Below are positions 1-8,394 of a DNA stretch of 64,000 bases, one piece after another. Location of the stretch: assembly GCA_043827405.1 (NCBI GenBank), contig JBDRPD010000053.1, positions 130,893 through 194,892 of the forward strand, written 5' to 3'. Under the pieces are notes generated by a model. The model saw nothing but the letters and a program-made list of their open reading frames with translations. It was not told the origin of the DNA and did not search any database. Position 1 is the stretch's first letter; every line of letters begins with the position of its first letter. Source of the DNA: Elusimicrobiota bacterium (GTDB lineage Bacteria > Elusimicrobiota > Elusimicrobia > UBA1565). The translations under genes and the position numbers were made by a program.

Positions 1-2
1 GC

Positions 3-350
3 GGCGTCCAGACCATAGTCCGCCGGGCCGCCAAGCAGCGCGCCTTCGCGCGCAGCGAGAGAACTTTGCTGCTGGCGGAAAACACGGCGGCGGCGCTGGC
101 CTCGTACAAGAAGGAAAACGAAGGCGAAAGGGTTCTGCGCACCGTAATCGCACCGGACGGCAGGAAGGTTCGCTTCGTCAGCTCAGGGACGCGCTATCGC
201 GTATGGTACGAGGGCGACGCCGCGCCCGCCGTTGAATACGATCTCAGCAAAACCGACGGCGACGACATCGCCGCCTACAACGTCGAGCGCAACGGCCGCC
301 GCGGCGTCCACGTCAACGGCCGAGTTCTCTGGGAAGACGGAAAGTACTGA
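3..350 (+). CDS. hypothetical protein, 5'-truncated by window edge
   Basis: Frame is open from position 3 (GVQTIVRRAAKQ...) to TGA at 348-350; no recognisable motif. Confidence 0.6.
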   Translation, partial: GVQTIVRRAAKQRAFARSERTLLLAENTAAALASYKKENEGERVLRTVIAPDGRKVRFVSSGTRYRVWYEGDAAPAVEYDLSKTDGDDIAAYNVERNGRRGVHVNGRVLWEDGKY

Positions 351-362
351 CGGGGCAGGCGG

Positions 363-1418
363 CTAGGTAGCGGCCCGGAAGGAAAGGATGTCCCCCTCTT
401 CGACGATATACTCCTTGCCCTTAAGCATAAACTTCCCGGCTTCCTTGACCTGAGCCTCGCCGCCAAGCCCGATCAGGTCCTCGTACTTCATAACTTCCAC
501 CCGGATGAAGCCGCGTTCCAGATCCGAATGGATGGCGCGGGCAGCGCGCGGACCGTTTGAGCCCTGCGGCACCGTCCAGGCCCGAACCTCGTCCTCGCCG
601 ACCGTGAAGTAGGACATGAGCCCCATCGAGTCATAGATAACGCGCGTCAGCACGGCCACCGCCGGCTCCGCGATGCCCAGCCCCTCCAAAAACTCCTTCT
701 TCTCCGCCGCATCCTCGATCTCGGCGATCTCGCCCTCCAGCTTAACGTCGAAGACCGCGCATGCCACCCGGCCCGGATAGGCCTGCTCGATTTCGCCGCG
801 CAGCTGGGCCGCGTCCGTCCCCTGCGCCGCGTTGATCACCGCGATCACCGGCTTGTCGGTCAGGAACTGATAAGAGGAGAGCAGGCGCGCTTCGCTTTCG
901 CTAAGCTCAGCGCTGCGGATGGCGTTCCCGGCCTCCATCTCGCCGGCCAAGCGCTCAATAAGCTTCAGCTCGTTCTCCTTCTCCACGCTGCGTCGGGTTC
1001 TGAGCTCGTTTTTCAGGTTGGAGACGCGCTTATCCAGAAACAGCATGTCCGCGAACTGCAGCTCGGACATAAAGGTGTCCAGATCACGCGCCGCGTCCAC
1101 GGTGCCGGACGGATGAAAGACGGAGGGGTCGTCGAATGCGCGCACCACGCAGATCAGGCCGTCGAGGTCGCGCACGTCGCCGAGCCAGGCCGCCTTGCCC
1201 TGGGTCTTCTCGACATCGGGCAGCAGCAGCACGTCCATGCGGGCGTAGTTCGTCTTCTTGGGGTTATACATCTCATGCAGCCTGTCGACGCGCGGGTCCC
1301 GCACATGGAAATTGCTCGGCAGCCCCTTGGGCGGGACGGTCTGCACCGTCACCCCGGTCAACAGCTTAAACAGGGTCTTCTTTCCGGCCCCCAACAGTCC
1401 CAACATGCCAATCTGCAT
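363..1418 (-). CDS. ychF: YchF/Obg-family ATPase-like protein (C-terminal TGS/DUF933 domain), divergent nucleotide motifs
   Basis: DPRVDRL...YNPKK, YFTVGEDEVRAW, IHSDLERGFIRVEV and GKEYIVEEGDI are YchF hallmarks; P-loop reads GLLGAGKKT. Confidence 0.8.
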   Translation of the reverse strand: MQIGMLGLLGAGKKTLFKLLTGVTVQTVPPKGLPSNFHVRDPRVDRLHEMYNPKKTNYARMDVLLLPDVEKTQGKAAWLGDVRDLDGLICVVRAFDDPSVFHPSGTVDAARDLDTFMSELQFADMLFLDKRVSNLKNELRTRRSVEKENELKLIERLAGEMEAGNAIRSAELSESEARLLSSYQFLTDKPVIAVINAAQGTDAAQLRGEIEQAYPGRVACAVFDVKLEGEIAEIEDAAEKKEFLEGLGIAEPAVAVLTRVIYDSMGLMSYFTVGEDEVRAWTVPQGSNGPRAARAIHSDLERGFIRVEVMKYEDLIGLGGEAQVKEAGKFMLKGKEYIVEEGDILSFRAAT

Positions 1419-1513
1419 CCTAATTCTCCTTCGGTGTTGTTTCCGGCCCGGCTAGCATAGCCCTTATTCCGCGCGCCGCGCCAGCCCCGGGCTGAATTCG
1501 GAATACTTATCCT

Positions 1514-1596
1514 GGGTCATTAGCCTTTCTGAACCCGGGCCTCATGTCCGCGGCGAGTTGGGACTTTCGTATCTCACAGAACATCCCCAATGTCCG
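1514..1596. promoter_or_regulatory. array of GGGNC-N4-GNCCC-like sites with 23-bp period
   Basis: gggtcattagcctt (1514), gggcctcatgtccg (1537), gggactttcgtatc (1560), degenerate atccccaatgtccg (1583); lies upstream of the secreted EEP gene. Confidence 0.5.
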
Positions 1597-1612
1597 TATT
1601 CTACCTGGGCAT

Positions 1613-3193
1613 ATGGGACCGAACTGTAAAATTCGGCGCATACTGACCGCGGGGATTCTCGTATGCGCCGTCCTCTCCGCCGGGACCCATAGCCGGGCGC
1701 AAGTAGTAGGCCGGGCCGCGACTGCCGCCGGTTCTTCCGCCGGCGCGGCGAATGCCGCCGCCGCCGCGAGCATCTCGGCCGGCCGCAGCCAAATCGCTCC
1801 GCCCGGGCTCGCGCTTCCGACGCTTCCTTCTCTCGACTTAAGCGCGCCGAACTTCCGCGCCCCCGCGACGCTGGCGCCTATCGCGGCGAACCAGGCGGTC
1901 ACGGCGGTAAAGCCCGTCCTGCACACGATCACCCCGCACGAGCAGGGCAGAGTCGAGCGCCGGCATCGCCCACGCGCCAAGCAAGCAAAAACCAAGAAGA
2001 AAAAAAGCTCGCCCTCGAACCTCGAGCATCTGGGAGATTTCTGGAAAGGCATTGAGGACCAGCAGGCTCCCCGCGGCGGCCTGCTCAAGAAGTTCTGGGA
2101 TGGGGCGAGCATTAAAGGCTCGATCGCCCCGAAAATCGGCCGCGGCGTCGAGTCCATCGGCAGAGCGGTCGCCGCCTGGACCCCGCCGAAACTCAGCCCC
2201 GCGCCCGAACGTCTCGAGGATATCCGCGAGCTCAAGGTGGGGACCTACAACACGATGCACCTGCTGCAGCATCCCGGCCGCTACGTGTACGACAAGGCGA
2301 AGGGCCAGCTGGTCAAAGTTAAAGACGGCCCCTACAAGAACCAGGCGCATGTCCAGCAAACGGCGGAAGCGATCCTGGAGAGCGACCTCGATGTCGTAGT
2401 GCTCCAGGAAATCGAAAGCCTGGAGCATCTTGAAAAATTCAACAAGGAGTATTTGGACGACTCTTATGACGTATTCCACCTTGAAGGAAACGATCCCGTT
2501 GGGATCAATTCGGCCGTTCTAGTCAAGAAGGGGCTGCCGGTCGAAATCGAATACCGCTCGCACAAGGATGAGACCTGGTACAACCCGGTGCGCGGCAAGG
2601 AAAAACCGATCTTCACGCGCGACCTCCCGGCCATGATCGTCCGCCCCCGGGGCCAGGAACGCCCGCTCTTCGTGCTGCTCGCGGCGCATATGAAGTCCAA
2701 GCATTCGGCCAAGGACAGCCCCGAGCACACTCTCGATCCCGAAAACCGCAACCAGCGCAAAGTCCAGGCCGACCGCATGGCGGACATCATCCTGAAGCTG
2801 CAGCAGGAGTTCGGAGCGTCCGTCCCGGTCATGCTCACGGGGGATTTCAACGGCGAGCTGACGGAGGACGCCTTCGCCGACTTTTTCCGGCGCACCGGCA
2901 TGCTGGACAGCTTCGACCTGCTGGCGAATCCCCCGCCCCCCGGGGAGCGGGTCACGCATACGTTCCATCCTTTCGACGGCCCGACGCAGTATCACCAGCT
3001 CGACGCCCTGCTGGTCACCCCGGCCATTCAGGGCATCATCAAGAACGCCGCCGTCTACCGCTACCACGACCATAACGGCAAGGTCCGCCCGATCCCGAAG
3101 ACCTTTGAAGAACGTAAACGGAACCCCTCGGATCACTTCCCGGTCATCGTGACTCTGGACTTCCCGCCGATCCTCAAAGCCGCCCGCCGCTAG
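1613..3193 (+). CDS. secreted endonuclease/exonuclease/phosphatase (EEP) family protein
   Basis: Signal-like N-terminus and Ala/Pro-rich linker, then GTYN, VVLQEIE, HMKSK, LTGDFN, QLD and PSDHFPV motifs. Start chosen at ATG 1613; the ORF is open from 1544. Confidence 0.85.
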   Translation: MGPNCKIRRILTAGILVCAVLSAGTHSRAQVVGRAATAAGSSAGAANAAAAASISAGRSQIAPPGLALPTLPSLDLSAPNFRAPATLAPIAANQAVTAVKPVLHTITPHEQGRVERRHRPRAKQAKTKKKKSSPSNLEHLGDFWKGIEDQQAPRGGLLKKFWDGASIKGSIAPKIGRGVESIGRAVAAWTPPKLSPAPERLEDIRELKVGTYNTMHLLQHPGRYVYDKAKGQLVKVKDGPYKNQAHVQQTAEAILESDLDVVVLQEIESLEHLEKFNKEYLDDSYDVFHLEGNDPVGINSAVLVKKGLPVEIEYRSHKDETWYNPVRGKEKPIFTRDLPAMIVRPRGQERPLFVLLAAHMKSKHSAKDSPEHTLDPENRNQRKVQADRMADIILKLQQEFGASVPVMLTGDFNGELTEDAFADFFRRTGMLDSFDLLANPPPPGERVTHTFHPFDGPTQYHQLDALLVTPAIQGIIKNAAVYRYHDHNGKVRPIPKTFEERKRNPSDHFPVIVTLDFPPILKAARR

Positions 3194-3241
3194 CTCTCCG
3201 CTCGATCGTCAGCATCTATCATACGGATACCATCAATTTAT

Positions 3242-3270
3242 TGGACTAATAACATCCCAGCCGCTACAAT
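3242..3270 (+). promoter_or_regulatory. putative sigma70 promoter
   Basis: TGGACT-17 bp-TACAAT about 30 nt upstream of ATG 3301, with an AGGAG RBS. Confidence 0.5.
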
Positions 3271-3300
3271 AATGAAAATCCCGGCAGACAGGAGCGAAAC

Positions 3301-3678
3301 ATGGACCTCAAGAAATATTTCACCAGCACCAAAGGCCTCGGCGTACTGGCCACTTCCAACGACCAGGGCGTCGTCAACACGGCCGTCTATGCCCGGCCGC
3401 ATGTGATCGGTAAAAACAGGGTCGCCTTTATCATGACCCCGCGGCTGACGCATGAGAACCTGCAGTCGAACCCGCGCGCTTCCTACCTCTTCCACGAGGC
3501 GGGCTTCGAGCACGCCGGCAAGCGGCTGATGCTGACCATGGTGGGGGAATCGACCGACAGCCGCAAGATCGAGGCGCTGCGCCGCCGGACCACGCCGGCC
3601 ATCTGCAGCGGCAAAAAGGGCGACCGGCGCTACCTGGTCACCTTCCGCATCGACAAGGTGCTGCCGCTAACCAACTGA
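3301..3678 (+). CDS. pyridoxamine 5'-phosphate oxidase family FMN-binding protein
   Basis: GVLATS...G.VN.AVYARPHV...THENLQSNPRASYLF split-barrel pattern; AGGAG RBS. Confidence 0.8.
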   Translation: MDLKKYFTSTKGLGVLATSNDQGVVNTAVYARPHVIGKNRVAFIMTPRLTHENLQSNPRASYLFHEAGFEHAGKRLMLTMVGESTDSRKIEALRRRTTPAICSGKKGDRRYLVTFRIDKVLPLTN

Positions 3679-3699
3679 ATCTCCTCCGTACCCGTACAG

Positions 3700-3733
3700 C
3701 CTCGAGGCTCCGGTGTCGGCCGGAGCCTTGAGG
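3700..3733. terminator. 14-bp stem hairpin between convergent genes
   Basis: cctcgaggctccgg / ccggagccttgagg with one G-T pair and a 6-nt loop, between stops at 3678 and 3740. Confidence 0.55.
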
Positions 3734-3739
3734 TACTAT

Positions 3740-4183
3740 TTAGTCGCCGTAAAGGCGCTTCTCGGCCAGGGTCTTCAGGTGTTCAGCCAGCTTCTGATTG
3801 CGCTCCACCAGAGCCTTTAAGTCGTCCTCGACCAGGCGGAAGAGCAGGCTGTCCGCAACGGCTACCGCGCTCGCCACGCGCTTCTCGTCCCGGATCAAGG
3901 CTATCTCTCCGAAGAGCTCCCCGGGCCCGAGCGAACCCATCTCGGCGCCGGCCATCCCCAGCGACTGCCGGATGGCGACCTCGCCGGCACAGACGACATA
4001 GAGGTCCTTGGACATCTCGCCCTGCTGGATGACCGTCGCGTCTTGGGGATAAAGGAAGAGCCCGCTGCGGGGGAAAAGCTCCTTTACCTGCGCCGCCGAC
4101 AGGGACGGATAGAGCGCCTCCATGTCGAGCGCCTTGTGCAGCGTCTTCACCGCCTGCTCGTCAAGCTCCTTCGCTTCCGCCAT
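3740..4183 (-). CDS. cyclic nucleotide-binding domain protein
   Basis: IQQGE...LYVV..GEV...LGPGELFGEIALI....RVASAVA cNMP-binding signature; no HTH domain. Confidence 0.85.
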   Translation of the reverse strand: MAEAKELDEQAVKTLHKALDMEALYPSLSAAQVKELFPRSGLFLYPQDATVIQQGEMSKDLYVVCAGEVAIRQSLGMAGAEMGSLGPGELFGEIALIRDEKRVASAVAVADSLLFRLVEDDLKALVERNQKLAEHLKTLAEKRLYGD

Positions 4184-4212
4184 AAATCCCTCTCACGGTC
4201 TCCGACCGTTTC

Positions 4213-5271
4213 CTAAACACGAACCTTGAAGGTCTCGTCCTTCTTGATGCTCAGACAGAAGGCCCCCAGCAGCTGCGAGGCCTGTTCCAGATCACGCAGA
4301 TCGACCATCTCCACCGTGCTGTGCATATAGCGATTGGGGATGCTGACCAGCGCCGAAGGCACGCCGCCGTTCTTGGTCCAAATCGCCAGCGCGTCGGTGC
4401 CTCCGCCGAAGGTCTCGATCTGCAGCGGGATCTTCTTGCTCTTCGCCGTCTTGCGCAGGCGCTCGACCACCAGCGGGTGATTCTCGCGCCCGATCGACAC
4501 GGTCGGCCCGCCGCCGAGCTTCACCTCGCCGTGCTGCATGACATTAATGCCGGGGGTGTCCGTCGCATGGGTCACATCCACGGCCACCGCCGCATCCGGT
4601 TTGACATTAGCCACGGTCATGGCCGCGCCCGCCAGCCCGATCTCCTCCTGCACGCTCGAGCAGGCATAGATCGCGCATTTGGGTTTGCCGGCGGCGGCGA
4701 TGCGCAAAGCCTCGATCGCCGTCCAGATCCCGGCGCGATTATCGAAGCCCCGGGCCACCGCCGTCCGGCCGTTGATCATCTCGAAGTCGTCGACAAAGGT
4801 GATCGGATCGCCTACCGCCACCCGCTTCTGCGCGTCTTTTTTATTCTTGGCGCCGATATCGATATAGCACTCGTGCATCTTCGGCGCCTTGGCCTCGACG
4901 CCGCGCTCCTGCAAATGAATCGCCATAACGCCGAGCACGCCGCGAACGCAGCCCTTCTCGGCATGGATACTCACCCGCTTGCCGCGAATGGTGGCGGTAT
5001 CGACGCCGCCGATCTGCTGCACATAGACGAAGCCGTTGCCGTCGATATGCTTAATCATGAGACCGATCTCATCGGCATGGCCGTCCAGCATGATCCGCGG
5101 CCGGGCGCCGGGGTTGAGCACCGCCACCGCGTTGCCGTAGCTGTCGGTCATCACCTCGTCGGCGAAGCCGCGGGCATAGTCGCACCAGATCTTCTGCACC
5201 TTGGACTCGTAGCCGCTCGGCGACGGCGTCGTCAGCAATTCCTTCAGAAAGGCCAGGGACTCATTTCGCAT
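4213..5271 (-). CDS. M42 family metallo-aminopeptidase
   Basis: PSPSGYE, GHADEIG, FDNRAG, VQEEIG, VDVTHA, GTD and RYMHSTVE motifs. Confidence 0.92.
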   Translation of the reverse strand: MRNESLAFLKELLTTPSPSGYESKVQKIWCDYARGFADEVMTDSYGNAVAVLNPGARPRIMLDGHADEIGLMIKHIDGNGFVYVQQIGGVDTATIRGKRVSIHAEKGCVRGVLGVMAIHLQERGVEAKAPKMHECYIDIGAKNKKDAQKRVAVGDPITFVDDFEMINGRTAVARGFDNRAGIWTAIEALRIAAAGKPKCAIYACSSVQEEIGLAGAAMTVANVKPDAAVAVDVTHATDTPGINVMQHGEVKLGGGPTVSIGRENHPLVVERLRKTAKSKKIPLQIETFGGGTDALAIWTKNGGVPSALVSIPNRYMHSTVEMVDLRDLEQASQLLGAFCLSIKKDETFKVRV

Positions 5272-5450
5272 AGTTCAACTACCTCTTAGACCTGAATATA
5301 GATGGATACTACATCTCTCAACCACGGCCTGCAAGAAGCCGGGCCCTTTCGCTCAGGCGGCCCGTTCACTAAGTTGGTAAAATGGGGATTCGAATGGCAA
5401 GCACCCCAGAAGCAAGGCCGGCCTGCAAAAGCCGCGGGAGAACCGTCGCC

Positions 5451-6095
5451 ATGCGCCGATACTCCAAGCCCGAGATCTGGAGCGCGCGGCTGTCCGCCCT
5501 CGGTACGATCATGTCGGCGGCGGGTATCGCCTGGCTGCTGGCCGACGCCTTCGCGGCCGGCAGCCGCGTCCACATCGTCACCTTCATCGTCTACGGTGTC
5601 GGCCTGCTGAGCATGTTCACCGCCAGCGCCGTCTTTCACTACCATGCGGGCGAGGAGCGCCTGCTGTGGAAGCATATCGACTACGCGGCGATCGCCCTCA
5701 TGATCGCGGGCAACTTCACCCCCTTCTGTTCGTTGGCGCTCGACACCTTCTTCGCCTACTGCGTATTGTCGGTCGTCTGGGTGGTCGCCATCGCCGCCAT
5801 CACTTTACGCATCGCCCGGCCGGATCTCCCCAAGTGGAGCTTCATCACCGCCTATCTGATCATGGGCTGGCTCGGCATCCTGATCGCGCCGGCATTATGG
5901 GATGTCCTCGAATTAAAGGGCTCGTTTCTGACCTTGTTCGGCGGCGGGCTGTACACCTTCGGCACTATTGTCTTCAACCGCTATGAAGGCGACGTGGAAC
6001 CGCCGGGCTTCGGCTTCCATGAGCTCTGGCATATCTGCATCCTCGCGGGAGCCGGCGTGCATTTCTGGGTGGTCCGGCTCTACATGCTTCCCTAG
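5451..6095 (+). CDS. hemolysin III / PAQR family membrane protein
   Basis: About 7 hydrophobic segments; SAVFH, IDYAAI..MIAGNFTPF, YLIMGW and HELWH motifs. GGGAG RBS before ATG 5451; upstream alternative starts exist. Confidence 0.85.
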   Translation: MRRYSKPEIWSARLSALGTIMSAAGIAWLLADAFAAGSRVHIVTFIVYGVGLLSMFTASAVFHYHAGEERLLWKHIDYAAIALMIAGNFTPFCSLALDTFFAYCVLSVVWVVAIAAITLRIARPDLPKWSFITAYLIMGWLGILIAPALWDVLELKGSFLTLFGGGLYTFGTIVFNRYEGDVEPPGFGFHELWHICILAGAGVHFWVVRLYMLP

Positions 6096-6108
6096 CAGCC
6101 CTCCGGCG

Positions 6109-6837
6109 ATGGCAAACTCGATCCTCAATATCCCGGTCCCCAACCTGCTGCTCATCCTCATCCCGGTGGCGGTAGTGATCGGCATCTATTCGAGATGGTC
6201 CCTGGGAGCGGGCACGCCGGTTTACGCCGCCTGCCGCATGGTGCTGCAGCTGGTCCTGGTGGGCTACGCATTAACCTATGTCTTTGAGTCCAAACATCCG
6301 GCGATCGTCTACCTGGTGCTCTGCATGATGCTGACCGCCGCCAGCTGGATCGCCCTGCGGCCCCTGGCCGAACAGCGGCGAAAGCTCTACTGGAAAGCGG
6401 CCTTGGCGGTAGGCGCGGGCAGCCTGCCCATCCTGGCATTGGTAACCGGAGGCGTCCTGCGCCTCGATCCCTGGTTCGCCCCCCGCTATCTGATCCCGCT
6501 GGCCGGGATGATCTTCGCCAACTCCATGAACAGCCTGAGCCTGGCGGCCGAGCGTTTCGATTCGGAGCTCAAGGGCGGCGCCGATTACCAACGGGCGCGC
6601 AACGCGGCCTACCGCGCCTGCCTGCTGCCGCTGATGAATATGTTTTTCGCCATGGGACTGGTATCCCTGCCGGGAATGATGACGGGACAGATTCTGTCCG
6701 GGACCGATCCCCTAATCGCCATCCGCTACCAAATTCTGGTCATGTGCATGGTATTCGGCGCTTCGGGCATCACCGCGGCCGTCTACCTGACCCTGCTCAA
6801 GCCCGACGTCAGTGCGTCAGCCAGCGCTGAACGATAA
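6109..6837 (+). CDS. ABC transporter permease, UPF0014 (FetB/YbbM-like)
   Basis: RMVLQLVLVGYAL, YLIPLAGMIFANSMN and GLVSLPGMMTGQILSG.DPL.AIRYQI motifs. Confidence 0.9.
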   Translation: MANSILNIPVPNLLLILIPVAVVIGIYSRWSLGAGTPVYAACRMVLQLVLVGYALTYVFESKHPAIVYLVLCMMLTAASWIALRPLAEQRRKLYWKAALAVGAGSLPILALVTGGVLRLDPWFAPRYLIPLAGMIFANSMNSLSLAAERFDSELKGGADYQRARNAAYRACLLPLMNMFFAMGLVSLPGMMTGQILSGTDPLIAIRYQILVMCMVFGASGITAAVYLTLLKPDVSASASAER

Positions 6838-7372
6838 AGGCCAGCGGCAGCAGCGTCCCGGCGGCGAAAAACCACTTCCCCCGTCCCCAGAAGCCCTGCG
6901 GCCCTTTCAGGATCAGCAGACCCGTCACCGCCAGCCCCAGCAGCAGGAGCGCGAAGATGTCCGCGACTATAGTCCAGACGCCCTTTAAGTGGTTGAGATG
7001 CAAAGCGTTGGACTCAAACAGCAGCGGCCGCTGGTGAAACAGCTTTACAAACGCCCCGCCATCCACCGGATCGAGCACCGCCTCGCCTCCATGGCGCAAA
7101 AACAGCTTGAATTCCGTGGGGCTTAAGAGGTGGCGTCCCTGCACATCCTGGGGAGCGAATCCCAACTGCTTAACGGCCGCCGCTTCCATCGCGTCGAGAT
7201 CTCCCCGGGGCAGCGGCGCGGTTTTGACCGTATATTCCTCGATGCGAAAGTTGGGGTTCCAGTCGCCCATATGATTGACGGCCACCCCGCTCACGCAATA
7301 GAGCGATACCAATACCGTCAGGAAGTAGCCGACATCGCGGTGCAGGACGCGCGCGAGCTTCTGGACGTTCAT
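6809..7372 (-). CDS. PepSY-associated TM helix domain protein
   Basis: R.LHRDVGYF...SGVAVNH, LHLNH..GVWT.VADIFA pattern. Confidence 0.8.
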   Translation of the reverse strand: MNVQKLARVLHRDVGYFLTVLVSLYCVSGVAVNHMGDWNPNFRIEEYTVKTAPLPRGDLDAMEAAAVKQLGFAPQDVQGRHLLSPTEFKLFLRHGGEAVLDPVDGGAFVKLFHQRPLLFESNALHLNHLKGVWTIVADIFALLLLGLAVTGLLILKGPQGFWGRGKWFFAAGTLLPLAFIVQRWLTH

Positions 7373-7382
7373 CGCGGGAACT

Positions 7383-7871
7383 TCAGCGCGAATCGGTAAT
7401 GCGCGCTCCAATGCCGCGGAGCATTACGATAGTCTCGGCCTCGGTGACGCTTTTCGGATCGAAGGCCTTGCCCTGCTCTTCTGCGTGATGCTTCCTGCCG
7501 GCGATGGTCTGCTCCAGCGTAAGCTTCCGGCGAAATACCGTCCCTTCGCCGATCACGCTCTTGCCCTTGGCGCTCATGGGGAAGACGATGACGCCGTCCT
7601 CCACTTTAAACTTAACGGCTTGGGGACCGGTCTCCTCGCCGATATTTATCCAGCAGCCGCGGTTCTCACAGACATCGGTCACCATGCCTTTGACCTTAAC
7701 ACGCCGGCCATCAAGCTCGTCGAGCCGCTTATAGAACTCGGCGACGCTGATGGCTCCCTTATCATCGGTCTGCTCGCCGTAGGCGACCGTCTTCAGCTCG
7801 GGATCGGCCTTGGCGCAGGATGCGGCCAAAGCCAGAAATACGCAAAAAGGAATAAGGATATACCGGTTCAT
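7383..7871 (-). CDS. DUF4920-like lipoprotein (OB-fold-like)
   Basis: Lipobox LAASC; VKVKG.VTDVCENRGCWI...VKFKVEDG...P....GK....EG...HHAEEQG pattern; GGAGG RBS. Confidence 0.75.
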   Translation of the reverse strand: MNRYILIPFCVFLALAASCAKADPELKTVAYGEQTDDKGAISVAEFYKRLDELDGRRVKVKGMVTDVCENRGCWINIGEETGPQAVKFKVEDGVIVFPMSAKGKSVIGEGTVFRRKLTLEQTIAGRKHHAEEQGKAFDPKSVTEAETIVMLRGIGARITDSR

Positions 7872-7917
7872 CGCACCTCCCACCGGCCCACAACTTAGCA
7901 TTTCCCGGAGGCGGTGA

Positions 7918-8394
7918 TCAGCGCTCACGCCTGGCGAAGTGATGGCCGATGCGCGTGAGTCCGGCGGAACAGTCCTTGTTGTTGGGATCATTCTTGATGC
8001 AGAGCTTCCATTCGGCGGCAGCTTCCCGGTAGCGCATCTGCTGAAACAGCACGATCCCCGTGCTCCAGTGCCCCAGCGCCTTGCGGCGGTCGGCGTCGGG
8101 GGCCTCCCGCCGCGGCGCTTTAGCCGCGGGTACCGGATACTGCAGCCGCTTGAGTCCGTCGCGGCAGTCGGCGTTTTCGGGATCGAGCTCGAAGCAGGCC
8201 GCCCATTCCTTGGCCGCTTTCTCGTACCGCTTCGCCTGGTAATAGATGATCCCGTTATTCCAGTGCCGCAGCGCCTGCCGGCGGGCGGCATCCTCTTGCG
8301 ACAGCGGAGCGGCCGCCTTTTTCTTTGGGCAGGGATGCCCCCATGCCGCCGAGCAGGCGGACGCGAGCAGCATGGCGGCGAGGCAGCGGCTCAT
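7918..8394 (-). CDS. small secreted protein with two TPR-like repeats
   Basis: AL.HW..GI..(Y/F)Q..RY..AA.EW..C...DP.N.DC..GL.R occurs twice; start overlaps the upstream stop (ATGA). Confidence 0.75.
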   Translation of the reverse strand: MSRCLAAMLLASACSAAWGHPCPKKKAAAPLSQEDAARRQALRHWNNGIIYYQAKRYEKAAKEWAACFELDPENADCRDGLKRLQYPVPAAKAPRREAPDADRRKALGHWSTGIVLFQQMRYREAAAEWKLCIKNDPNNKDCSAGLTRIGHHFARRER

